From: Trichoplax adhaerens
Lineage: Eukaryota > Animalia > Placozoa
Length of the DNA: 64,000 nt
Assembly: GCF_000150275.1 (NCBI RefSeq)
Contig: NW_002060949.1
Coordinates: forward strand, 2,415,836 to 2,479,835
Reading direction: 5' to 3'
Of the stretch, positions 40,556 to 53,350 are shown piece after piece (the stretch's first letter is position 1; every line of letters begins with the position of its first letter). The notes beneath the pieces were generated by a model. That model was given only the letters and a program-made list of their open reading frames with translations. It was not told the origin of the DNA and ran no database searches. The translations under genes and the position numbers were made by a program.

Positions 40556-42722
40556 ATTAATCTTGGTTCGATCTTCAGATAAGCTGTGCAAATTCTGATT
40601 CAGTTGCTTTTAGCCATGTACGCTTAATCTATTTTAAATTTAATTTTAGTTTAGTTTTATTGTATCTTGCAAAGCAATCACTCACAGTAATTTATAAATG
40701 GTCGATGTGGTTCTTCGGATGGCCTGGTGTACTGTCTGTACTTGACTTCAGAAAGGGACAGGACGCCACGAGAATAGGACAATCTGCTGTATTGCACGCC
40801 TGCACCGGCTGTATCGGTACCTCAGTATGGTACAGTATAGTATATCATTACGACGAACTGCACCGTACTACGGCTGCTATGGTGATAAAAGGTGATGTTG
40901 ATATTGATGCAGATTTGAGCTTATGATGAATTATTATTTATTTTTATTAGGCAATAATTTCATTAATTTCAAAAATCAGCTGTTTTAAAAGTTTTCATAT
41001 ATATATATATATACTTTAGTTCAGGTTCTAGAGGTATGGCATTCTACAGTCTTGCATGCATATCGAATACAGAGCGCATTTTTATTCCATATTACTGTAC
41101 TGTATATATTTATAACGGCACTTCGCAAATAAACCATGATGTTCCATAACTTACATTTATAAAGTAATTTCATTTTGTATTTACTTAACTTAACTTATAC
41201 TATCGCTACAAGATATTGCATTAATAGACCAGTGTAATGTAAGAGGTCCTGTATGTTTACGGACATATGATAGATAAACCTTCAGTGAGATCAGTGACAT
41301 ACGAGTGTACAGTACTGTACACTTGAGGTATTTGCGCAAAGAAGAACTTATTTATTGAGACAGAAGTGACCACGAGGAAGTTCTAGACAGGAGCAAGATT
41401 GCCTAGATAACGTTCACAGGCAAACAAGGAGATAATGAACGAAGGAATGATCAGTTACAGAAATGTACCCATACTTATAGTACATACGCACAGTATGTGT
41501 AGTACGATATTAATAATACAACACTGTACTGGGAACTATTTCGGAGTGAATAAGAAGGAAGATACAAAACGCTGCTATGAACTCTAAAAGTTATATCGTA
41601 GTTATAATTCAACACGTAATATTACAATTAGTATTTTATTAAAACATATATCCTTTAACGATCAAGTACGCGTACAATACTTGAAACTTAACAAAGCGAT
41701 TTACGACGAATGTGTGTTAAAATAAGCTAGCACAGTAGAAGGATTTCTTGCGAATCCAGTCTTTACTTAGACTTTATCTTATCCGATGCAGATCGAAGCA
41801 TAACTACAATATTCATTGACTTTCTACGTGTATGATAGATTACTAGCCAGACAACGAGAATAAATTGTAAGTGAGGGTTAAGAACATTTACTGTAAAGTG
41901 TCTCACTAGTATTTCATAATATAACAGATACGTACTGTATGCAGTAGTATATAATCGTATCTGTCTGTATCGGATCAGGCAGTGGTATCATCTTGATCCC
42001 CCAAAATTAGCGCTAATTTCATATAATGTAGTCAGAAGGTAGCTAGACTATTGATTACGGCATGATTTAAAAGTTTTATCAGGGTAAAGATAGGGCATAG
42101 CGCATCAGCATGGTTTATAGTTGAGGCTAATCTGGTAGCTTTGGTACAGAACTGCATGATCGTATAGGGATACAGCTGTACAATTATAAACGTACGAGTA
42201 TATATGTCACGGTCCATCGGTAAAAATTTTTATAGTTTTCATGAATAGTGATAAAAATCGAAATTTTGAAAAAATGTATGGAATACATTTTTCGTAGCGT
42301 AGATATAGAACCAGCCCTATTACTTTTTGAATGGGTCTTGTATATATAGCTCTGTCAAAATTGGTTAAATTAAATGATATGAGCGGATAATGATCTAGTG
42401 CCTCAGGATTTTAAGTTTGTGTTTATTTCATCAAATATCGATTTATGTCTTTATAGTAGCATTATCAAATTGCATATGCCCGCAGGAAGAATCGATAATG
42501 CAACAATGGTAGTAAGCAGAATCTATATATCCGTTACAAAAATTGCTATAAAAAATTGACATAAATGATTTTACAAGATATTTTGCAGTGATTCTCAGCA
42601 GAGTTATGTTAATTTTTCAATTACTTGCTTTCGGTAGTTTATGTTAACTAGTGAAGAAAGGAATAACGAGTAAAAAGTGATAAAATCAATTACAGCCATT
42701 TATAAAGCTATAAGAGATTTCG

Positions 42723-44256
42723 TTACCACTGTTTTTGAGATACCTTGTGGGCAATAAGATTTAAATCACATTTTTTTAAGGCTTCAATTAATTCGCCCTT
42801 CTTTGATGATGGCGCCGCATCTAACCACGCATCTCTCCAGGATAGTAACATTGACGTTCTTGCTTCAAGAATATTTCCACGATTATTTTCCTCACAATCA
42901 ATTATCTGTGATTCTGTTAAGTGGAGCCTTCTTCCAAGCATTTTCCATTTCTTACCCAAGTTTTTAGCAACAAACTGAATACAGTTTAACCAGTCTAGAT
43001 GACAAAATTTCAGATTAGTTTAATCCAAGGCTTGAAAATTAATTTAAAATTCTTTTGTATTATGTTACATAATTGAGAGCAGAAAGTACTGTACTGTAAC
43101 GATATGGTGTCAATTGTATATTGCATATGAAATTGATCGGTCTATGCTGTCAGATTATACATGGTGGTACACAGTAATATTACGCCTTTTAACGACATGA
43201 AGTATTTTATGAAGACTCGCACAGTAAAATCATACAAAGAGACTCAACCTGATAATGATGCCATGAGGACCAGAGATTTATATACATACGAGTAATGGAA
43301 TACATAATATACAATATATCATTAGTCAGTATAGTATCACTTGGCGATTTATTCAATATAGCATGTAGTTGACAATAGAATAAATGTCATAGTACGGTAG
43401 AAATCCATTGATCATTAACATATACAGTATACTGTACTCTTACAGTAATATAGTAGATACATTTAATAGCGTTAGCAATTTAATATTCTCAATTATCTTG
43501 GCTAAAATGCTTTGGTAGATTCCATGTTTCAATTTAACTTCGTCTGACTCGCAATAAAATAAATGATATAACAATCTAAAATGTCATAGCATATCTTAAG
43601 TGTTATAAATATCCCATCGGCATATCAATAAGAGAAACGAACTAGATAAGGGCATACCGTTACTAAGTACTAGTTAAGCCTCTAAATTCTATTTATTTAC
43701 GATGGTATTTCATTTTTGTGAAGGTAGAAACAAGTACTGGAAATGTAAATATTGCTACAAAATACAGTAATTTTATGTAGGATTGATCCGTTATTGGAGT
43801 CAATGATAATAATAATATTAATTTTAGGCACTGAGCAACTGTATTGCGCCACTATCGTCAGTGAGCTGGCTAACACTAGTAAATGCATTATACCGTACCG
43901 TCTTCATTCCATTCATCCTCTCCGGCGATGAGATCGGCTGTCATCTTCTGTTGCTGCCCATCCTTTTGTAGTTGGTAAGCTGTTTCTAATTTTTTTGCTA
44001 AGATATTTGCTGTAGTTTCAATACTTTGCAATGCGTCAATAAAAATACGAAAAATGTTGCTATCTGGGCATTTCATAACAATCGTTAGAATATAAGTATT
44101 TTTGTCATTCTGTGTTGAACATTTTTTCAATTCTTCCAAATCGTCGATAGCTAGTATTCTTTTTTGGATTAATCTATTGCTCATATGTTCTGGTGGCATT
44201 GATTTTATTAATTCCGTCCATACATCAGTTACTGCGTTCTTTTGATATTTGTCCAT
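42723..44256 (-). CDS. Two-domain CARD + death-domain adaptor (RAIDD/CRADD-like architecture), about 209 aa, exons 43899-44256 and 42723-42994
   Basis: Exon 1 is CARD-like: MDKYQKNAVTDVWTELIKSM...LIQKRILAIDDLEEL...TQNDKNTYILTIV...FRIFIDAL...LAKKL. Exon 2 is a death domain: VAKNLGKKWKMLGRRLHLTESQI...MLLSWR...LIEALKKCDLNLIA. The phase-1 join G|gtacgg...tag|AC is in frame. Confidence 0.8.
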
Positions 44257-44942
44257 TGTCGATGTTCGTGTTTTGATAGGTGCTAGTGAGATCACTTTGC
44301 TTCGGGTTGTTTGGTCTGTAGCTATAGGTATACCCGGTATATACCACCTGAACGGTTATGGATAAGTTTTCCACCTTTAATGTATAACCTAATTGTCAAA
44401 GTTGTAGCACTATATCAATTTTTACGTAATTCTTGATTTAAGGTTAAGGTATAATTGCGCCTGTATATCGCGTCGCTACAATTGCTTGATAAATACAGTA
44501 CATATCATATAGGATAAGCGCCAATTTATGTGTCTATACTGTATAGTGTATAGTATGCGCGTACGTACATGGAGATTAATCTGTTAACTTATGAGAGCTT
44601 TGTGAAATTGCCGAAATGTTAATTTTATTAACGTGACTGAATATCATTTGAAATAGCTAACGAGCATTTATTTGATCTAATGATCTTAATTTGGCGCGTT
44701 GTGCAATTATATTGATTCTCTTGTGTCTGTAATCAGTTTCATAGCAACAGCTGTCTAATAAGTACACATTCATATGTAATCAACTTTGAACAGTCTCTAA
44801 CCTTACAACGACTACAGGGTCTTTGGTATTTTACCTTAGTGGTTTCTCAGCCTGAGTTATGTTGGTGGTTACTGGCGTTTAATGTTGGACAAAATACTTT
44901 ACCAACTGTTGCTCTACTCTGATGAGTCTGATTGCGATTGTC

Positions 44943-45530
44943 TGTACAAAAAATGTCTGCATGTCTGTACGTTCTGTTGTACTGTATCTGTAGACTAATA
45001 CAAATACTTAATGCTGAGGTACAATGGTACAGTACAGTACAGTACAGTGGATTACTACTGTAAATGTATGTACTGTACACTGAAAGGTTCATCTGTGAGT
45101 TTCATCATAAAACACCAATCAGACGGACTTCGGAGTGACACTTAAACAGAAAAGACTGGACAGCGGGACAGTGTACAAAAAATGTCTGCATGTCTGTACG
45201 TTCTGTTGTACAGTACTGTAGACTAATACAAATACAGTACAGTACTTAATGCTGAGGTAGTGTACTGTACAGTACAATGGTACAACAGTACAGTACAGTA
45301 CTGTACACTGTACAGTACAGTGTACTGTACACTCACTCTACTAGAGTGTACAGTACAGTATAGTGGACTACTACTGTAAATGTATGTACTGTACTGTACA
45401 TGTAGACTGACCATGCCTGTTAGTCTGTTATTACTGTTCAAAGGTTCATCTATGAGTTTCATCGTAAAACACCAATCGGACGGACTTCGGAATGACACTT
45501 AAACAGACAAGACGGGACAGTGGGACAGTG
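44943..45530. repeat. Imperfect tandem duplication (~229 bp and ~357 bp); the second copy carries extra TACAG/CTGTA units
   Basis: TGTACAAAAAATGTCTGCATGTCTGTACGTTCTGTTGTAC...AAGGTTCATCT..GAGTTTCATC..AAAACACCAATC.GACGGACTTCGGA.TGACACTTAAACAGA...GGGACAG starts at 44943 and 45172. Confidence 0.9.
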
Positions 45531-46425
45531 CACCTATTGACTACCAGTACTAGTCACTTACTAACAGTCACCAGGAGTACTGAATGAGTGAACGAGCGAC
45601 GAAATCATGACGTCAATTCTAAATTTAAAATGGAAATCTGATGATGGATGAAAATAGAATGGTTGTATTCATCAATCAGTTCAAAAATAAGAAATAAGGA
45701 ATGAGGCAAAGATAAACAACCTTAGTATATTTTCCGAAGAGCAACTTGAAATGGGAATAAAATGCCATTACTTGTACTTGGTACCTCGTCGATGGGATAT
45801 TGTACTGTACTGCTGTCATGGAACAGGATGGAATAAATTAATTTAATTAATGAATTTGTGAACCGCTAGATTTTACTGTTGTACACTATGTTGGTGACAC
45901 AAGCGCCAGGTATCGTTTCAGTACTGTTACTCTCATACTGTAAATGATCGATATTGTAGAGTCTGTGCGTGTGCCCGCAGCGTTGACCCCCTGCGATTCA
46001 CGCGATACCGATGGTACGGTAATACTGTAGGACTGTACAGTACTGTATATTAAAGTGGTACTGTCTCACAATATTCAGCATCACGATCTGGCAAATTGAC
46101 GTTGAATTGTTGGCTAGTTTAGGCAAAATTGGAGAGGTAATCGGTAGCATAGAATTAGAATTATTATTGACAAGTAGTGTTGCTGTACTTACTAGTCAAG
46201 TGTAATCGGACTTGAGTGGAGTCAAGATTGCTGTAATAGTACTGGATATTTCTCTGAAGTGGAGAGAAAGCTAGACGTTATCACATCTTATGTCAGTTCT
46301 CGTCTTGGTAAAATAGGCGGATAGTGCTTTTGCCAACGACCATTTTACTTTTCCCCCCCATTGTAAGCAAATTTATTTTGGCTGATTTACACAGTGATTA
46401 CTAAAATCTTGAATTCATTTCAACG

Positions 46426-47265
46426 ATGTCGAGGAGCGGTTTTGGACGTGGCTTTGATGGTAGTGTCGGTATGGCCGATATTGGTAGCGATGCCAATGTT
46501 AACACTATTACCAGGAATGTTCAGAAAATCAATCAGAACATGTCCGCAATCGAGAAAATGTTATCCAAAATTGGCACATCTCAAGATGGACAACGCTTTC
46601 GCGATAATATGGAAAAACTGGAAAGAGATAGTAGTGACTTAATTAAAGAGACCAATAAAAGTTTAAGACAACTCAATGCTTCAGCTGCCTATGATAGTGA
46701 CCGGATGAAGAAGGCCCAAGTAGATCGATTAAGCAGCGAATTTGCTCAATCTTTGACCAACTACCAAAAGATAGCCAAAAGAATAGCAGAAGCACAACGT
46801 GAAAATGTTGAAAAGATCAGGGCCAGTAGTTTTGGACATAGTACAGAGCCATTAATTGATACCGGCGCCAACCAGCCCTATTCGGAATATGCACCTTCTG
46901 GAAATTATCCTGGTAATTCATCATTTCAAATGCAGGCTGAAGATGCTGTCGATTTAGAAATGATTGAAGAACGTGAAAAATCCATTAAGCAGTTAGAAAG
47001 TGATATTGTTGATGTCAATGAAATTTTTAAAGATTTAGCTACCATGGTACACGATCAAGGGGAGGTAATTGATTCTATCGAAGCTAACGTTGAAAGCGCT
47101 GGAATGAATGTTACCGAGGCTAACACACAATTACAAGCTGCTGTTAAGTATCAAAAGAAATCACGAAAGAAGTTGATTTGTATCGTAGTCTTATTGCTTA
47201 TTGTTGCCGCAATAGTTGGTATTATCATTTGGCAAACGGTACCTAAGCCAAAGACCAAGCCTTGA
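46426..47265 (+). CDS. STX7: Syntaxin 7/12 family Qa-SNARE, 279 aa, intronless CDS
   Basis: Habc region (IGTSQD), SNARE motif IEEREKSIKQLESDIVDVNEIFKDLATMVHDQGEVIDSIEANVE, YQKKSRKK and a C-terminal transmembrane segment. STX7 versus STX12 cannot be resolved by eye. Confidence 0.92.
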   Translation: MSRSGFGRGFDGSVGMADIGSDANVNTITRNVQKINQNMSAIEKMLSKIGTSQDGQRFRDNMEKLERDSSDLIKETNKSLRQLNASAAYDSDRMKKAQVDRLSSEFAQSLTNYQKIAKRIAEAQRENVEKIRASSFGHSTEPLIDTGANQPYSEYAPSGNYPGNSSFQMQAEDAVDLEMIEEREKSIKQLESDIVDVNEIFKDLATMVHDQGEVIDSIEANVESAGMNVTEANTQLQAAVKYQKKSRKKLICIVVLLLIVAAIVGIIIWQTVPKPKTKP

Positions 47266-49184
47266 AGATGCACTTATTTTCATTTCATGCCCGGGTAATT
47301 TGGGCCAGCAAATTATAATTCATGGTTAATTTTCATGTGCACAATAGAGAGATTTATCTTACTTTAAACATTGTACAGTCAGTATATTAAGAAGAAACGC
47401 AATTATGATGTAGTAGTTAGGCTTGGGATCTAAATTGCCGAGTGTGTGCTGTAATATACATTTATATATAAAATCACGGCGCTACAGTAATAGGAGCACA
47501 AACCAATATATATCGATACGAGTATGTATTTGCGTGTTTACATAGATTACAATAGTAAGATTTACGTAAATTTTATAGTAATTTAATGCCGACCAATCAA
47601 CTAAGTCACGTATATTAGCTGTAGTAACTGATTGATAGCCTTGGTGTAGTTAAATTTATTCATTAAAACTATGCTGTACATAAGTTGTAGGAATTATATC
47701 TTCCGTTATAATCCAGTATTCACAATTGCTGTTTGTTGGCGTTAATGGTGATAGTTTTATTACTTGATATTGCATTAAAATTAAAATTAACCACATTTTT
47801 GCTGCTGTAAAGCGCAAATATTAATTATTTTGCTGTCCAGATATCTGATTCTACTTCCTTGTAACATTCTAGCCACTTATATTATTAAAAATATAAATTA
47901 AATTGGAGATATAAGACTTTTTATGATAAGTCATGGACGATTAAGGTACAATCATACGTTTAGTAAACATAATATTGTACTATATGTCGAATATAACGTT
48001 AGCATTAGACAGCTTTACTGTTGAGCGCTTGAGTCAAAAGCGAATTTTTTACACGAATCCGATTTGAGTGATCGTTAACATCGTTATTGCACTTGCATGT
48101 AGCCTTTTCTTTAACATTGTTTTGAGGTAGGTAGGTAGGTGGGTATGGTAAACGTGGATACGTGATTCTATTACTACCGTACAGCACAATGCTAAGCCAT
48201 TTTGCATTTGAAATCATTACTGAGGCCAAAATAGGATTGACGCCCGCAAATAGTACTAAATACAGTGGGGAAGAAAATATTGTGGTATAATGTTGTAGTT
48301 CAAGGTACCGAATCATTCAAATGATTTACGCAAGATTAGAAAAGGAAAATCATTTCTGTTAGCTACACAATATTCTAATAGTACTTTATAATCGCTGAGT
48401 CAATCAAATACCACAAATTACGGATCGATGATAGTTGCAATATGAGAGAAAAAGTCAGTTATTGGATTATTCATCTACATTTTATTCTCTGAAAGTGCTC
48501 AACTGTTTTAGCAATATCTATAAATTTGTGTATTAGAACGTCACTACTTAAGCATACAGAATAGAACTATCTCAGTTTTTTTAGCTGTAATTTTTCGAAA
48601 GCATTGCATTACTCCGCTTTCAAACTACTACAGTAAAAAAGCAGCGTAACCAGACATTCCGGTTATATCAAAATCATCTTCGCATAACACGAAGAGTTAT
48701 GACTAACACTGCTAAATGCAATAAGGCGTCAAGTTATGAATATAAAACGATCCATTACATCACATTTTTGGCACCATATTGCCAAGTAAGCAGTTTTAAT
48801 TAACATTATTTAATGAATATTATTAGCATGTAGATAAATGAATTGTTTTAACAGCTCATATGCTTTTTCCTTATTAATAGATGTAATACTAAACAAAGTT
48901 CAAGATCTAGCCAGGTATAGTTATGCAAGCATGAAGAGCAAGATAGAAAGTTAGTAGAGTTTACAAAAGTTCTATACTCTATACTAAAAAACTGTCATGA
49001 ATATAACTTATTTGACGCTACTGAGACATATAATTTCTCCGTTCGTAATTTAATATTATTTCAGATCTTTGTTGCATAATTTACATGTTGAAAAATGAAT
49101 AGCAACGTTAGCTTCAAGCAATTTTAGACTAGGTTTTCAAACTTTGGAGGCTTTTTCTTAATTTTATTTCCAACAGCAGATTTG

Positions 49185-51940
49185 CTAAGCAGGTAGTTTA
49201 TTTCCCATACCAGACTTGCTAACCTGTTGGCATATTAGGGTAATATCAATTTAATATATCAACACTCCAATGCAACATTATACTACCAGCGGTAAGTGAA
49301 ATGGATTTTACAAACGAGTACAAACATACAGACCTGAATGATACCAATGATTACACCAAACAGTCCAATAGCACTACCAAAAATTTCCACGATAAGTACC
49401 TGTTACATTTGTGTATAAATATCGTGAGTACTACGACACACGGATTATGCTATGTATAAATCGTGTATCAAACCTTGACGAAAAGGGACGCGTTCTGAGC
49501 ATCAGCTAAGGCAGCACCGCTAATAAGAAAATTTATGAATAATTAGGTACATAGCTATTAAAAGCTTATTACAATGTCATTATGTCCTACTTTGATAAGT
49601 AAATTAATAATACAGTGATTATTAACTGACCTTCCTACGATACCGACACAAATACCACAGGCTAAATTCGATAATCCAACCGTTAAACCAGCAGCAAATA
49701 TGGAGTAGCCTAATAAAGTAAATGTTTAGTTACGATAGTATAAGAAAGCACTAAAAATTATTTCAAGCCAAATTCACGTTCGAATTTTGCTAGTCCTCCA
49801 TTGTAATAACGTGCTTACCTCCAAAATAATTTTGCCTTAAGATAGCACTTGAACCTGTAGTATCATAGGGCTATATAGGGGTGCGAAAAAATGTGCATTG
49901 AGTAAATTATGATATAATTGTCAGAAACAAGTCAACTTAGTTAACGAAATAACTTACAGCGATATTATTGCTCAAGACGATAGCCATAATGATTCCGTAA
50001 ATGGCAACAGCTTCACAGAAGATGATACTACAAATATATAAGTGTTTTGCCAAATTACACATTCTATCCTGTGATGGATGATTTGAGAAAGTATATGTCT
50101 TGTTGGATCTTATAAGTTGCATAATACATAAATACTTACCTGACAAGATTCTTAGTCTTGATACGAGGAGCTTTGACACCGCCACCTACGATCGAAGAAC
50201 CTGTTGCAAAGATACCCCTATGGTAACATGGAAAGGTGATAACCTATGTTAGATACTCCCATATTCGAACTAGCCGTAACATATAGTAGCTTCAAATTAA
50301 TATGAAAAATTGTATTGGAAGTTGACAGAATTTTAACGTGGCAAATCTTGATTATCAACTTTCAGTTATGTACTTCATACGAGGAGGGTGAGCACTAAAT
50401 AAAGTTTTTCTACTTATTAACTATGGTTAGTAAATAGCACAGGCCTAGCATATCGAAGTACGAGTTTTTTAATTCTAATTCTACAATATACTGATAGTAA
50501 GACTCATCGATAAATTCTATAGTTAAAAGAAAGAAAGCTAACATAGTACATTTCAAATAGCAGTGTTTTAATGCAGAAAAGTAACGGTAGATAATTGACT
50601 AATAAAGAATACAAGATGATGCAACCTACCATGCAGCGCCAACAACAGATAATGAGATGGCAAGACCAATCCCAAGATCAGCCCACATAAATGGTGAAGT
50701 AGATTCAAAAAACCTAGAAGTAGATGGCCAGAAAAAGTTCTGTGAATTTATTGATATTAAGCGCATTTTTGAATTCTTAAAAGTTGGTGCATTTCAAAAA
50801 AATATTTCATATCCCCTTAATTTACGCCAATTTATAAGTATCATTAAGCTTCAGAACGTCAGAAGAAGTCATCAAAATAGAAGTTATCGTAAATATTAAT
50901 AAGTGCCGTCCTGTCTTCAAATGGTTTTAAAAGTTACAAAGATTGAGTAAAAGCTGTGCATTAGTAATTTATCTGAGGGGATAGAATGGGATTATCATGG
51001 TAGAAACTTTGTTACACTATTGATAGAACTATTTTGAATGGTATAGTGAATATATACTACAAATACTGTTGAGTACTTTAGTTGTAGCGGCAGGTCATCC
51101 GTATGTACGAGTACTACAGTATACTATATTACACTGGTATTATAATTTCAGTCTCTTTATAAAATAGTAATTGAGATCTTTTGGATATAAGATTACATAG
51201 AACTTTCTAAAATTACAAATACAGTCGATCAATTTATCTTGCCAGTTAATTCGTCTATGCGTATGTAAGTCTGTGATGTTAACATATGTTATCCGCTAGC
51301 TCGTATGATGGCGGCGTGGTTGTTCTAATCGATATACGCTGCTACCACTGTAATCAATCGTATAACGGAAGCCAACATTCATCGATAATTATTACGATAT
51401 TGGACTAAGAGGGAAATCATTTTATAAATGATTTACTCCATGCCAAATTCTATGTGTATAAGCATATGTTATCGAAGAATCGAGTCGGTATAGAATAACT
51501 TCCAAGTGAATTATCAGTTTTGGAAACATGGTCAAGCTTGGGCGACGTACTGCAATAGCGACTGCAAAAGTAATCAGTTCCCTTGTACTTACCATCCTAT
51601 ATCAAAACGGTAGCCAAGACCAGATAGAATGTAGTATAACCCTATTTATATTCATAACGATAGAAAATAGTTACTTTATTCCATCAAGATACAGAAGCAA
51701 GAAAAGCATTACGGTTGATGACATTAGAAATATGCGAGTGCCATATTGGTTGCAAATACAATATACATGGTATTACTATAGCAAGAAGCGTCTTTCAAGG
51801 TGGCTATTTTATCGACATATTCATACTTTAATCGTCATTTTCTACAAGTTAAGATAGGTTAGTTACTTACCAACTATTAAAATTGCCAGATAGAAGATAA
51901 TGTAAAGCACAAAATGATATTTATTCGTGTAATAGGCCAT
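49185..51940 (-). CDS. ATP6V0B: V-ATPase 21-kDa proteolipid subunit c'', about 210 aa, exons 51871-51940, 51593-51641, 50630-50713, 50140-50217, 49958-50027, 49819-49870, 49631-49709, 49474-49519, 49334-49399, 49185-49223
   Basis: [60 protein letters not shown]...[50 protein letters not shown]. Phases are consistent. Confidence 0.96.
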
Positions 51941-52135
51941 TTTATTTCACGATACGCTTACTACAACTACCGATCCAAAGACTTGTTTTACGACGGCAAG
52001 CCCTTCCTTTCATCGAGTGATACACTACAATTTTTATGTCTCGGTAGACTTGTACTTTACCGTAGCGCATACACATCCTCTCTATCCGCGTGTCTGTCGC
52101 TCGGTTGATAATATAATATCATATCCTACAGTAGA

Positions 52136-52480
52136 CTTTTCAGTACAGTACTGCATCTCTAATGCAATACTGTACAGTACAACCAGACGGAGATGTCACG
52201 CACGTATGACTTCACTCCACTGCAAAGGGTACAGTACTATCATACTGTACAGTACAGTACCATGATGCTTGGACTGTACTGTACTGTACAGTACTGTACT
52301 GTACTGTATGTCTAGGGGGGTCTTGATTCATAAAATGTGAGAGTCACATGATAGAAACGCTTCATTGTACCAAGCATATGCGCCTATTGTATCGTACTGT
52401 ACAGTACAGTACAGTACTGTACTGTACTGTCGAGTGCAGTACTGTACACTGTACACTGTACGGTACCGTATGTAGTACCT
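52136..52480. repeat. Dense TACAG/CTGTA low-complexity tract between the divergent ATP6V0B and TMEM104-like genes
   Basis: Examples: CTGTACTGTACTGTACAGTACTGTACTGTACTGTA near 52274 and TACTGTACAGTACAGTACAGTACTGTACTGTACTGT near 52395. Confidence 0.85.
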
Positions 52481-53350
52481 GTCTGTTCGGCGCGGACAGG
52501 TCCGCAATCTCCGCCATCCGTGCTCATCTCTCATCACTCTGCTACGGTTTTTGCCTTTTTTTGGGTACAGTATATTATTTTTATTTCTATGGCAGGGGAC
52601 TTGCACGTGATGGCAGCAAATCCTTTGAAAAAACTAGGCTACTACTAGGCATACTACATCAACGATAAACTATACAATGTACTCTCAGCAGAGTACAATC
52701 ATGTGACGATGACAGCGTATAGAAGTCTGTACAGTACAGTACAGTACGGATGGTATCACTGATACTCCACATACCGTTAGCTAGTTATTAATTAATGTAC
52801 TGGGCTGTACTGTCAACTTAACTGATGTTATCCACGCTAATCATAGTAATTACCCGATTTAATTATACAGAATAGTATTTGTTTGTTAATAATTATACAG
52901 TAGGTTACAGTTAAATACTTTAATTTACTGTTAGTTTTATTTTGTCAATCGGTACTGTTTGCTATATACTGTGCGGTACTGCCAGCAAGTAATAGCTTCA
53001 ACACTGTGGAGATACATCGGTATTGAGATTCTGGTATAGGAAGAATAACAATTATATCTGAACTAGTTATAGTTAAGTAGCCGTCAGTCAATTAATCGTT
53101 GACGTAGTTGTTAACGTTTAAAAAAAAAAAAAAAATCATTGACCGTAACACGCTTGTACTAGTGTATAATAGAATAATACAGAACTAAGTAGACGAATCA
53201 TTCCCATTCTAGAACACACTATATCATACAGTGCTTTGCAGCTAGAAAATATTGTTAATTGCAAATATCTACTGGTAGTTATCGACTTAAAAGCGTTTTG
53301 TAAAGCGAGCTTCATCTACAGTACAGTACACAGTTATTTTAAAAATCATC

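Noticed and set aside
42210-42420. Possible non-autonomous DNA-transposon fragments (also ~22040-22510 and ~50740-50940)
   Set aside because: The resemblance is compositional only; no terminal inverted repeats or target-site duplications could be identified.
52061-52070. ATG CGC TAC G|gtaaag as the first coding exon of ATP6V0B
   Set aside because: The ATG at 51940 already gives a full-length N-terminal hydrophobic segment; this is at most an alternative or UTR exon and is unsupported.
52017-52668. ORFs rich in YSTV/YCTV (also 32790-33067 and 44847-45498)
   Set aside because: They are translations of TACAG/CTGTA repeats with no protein signature.
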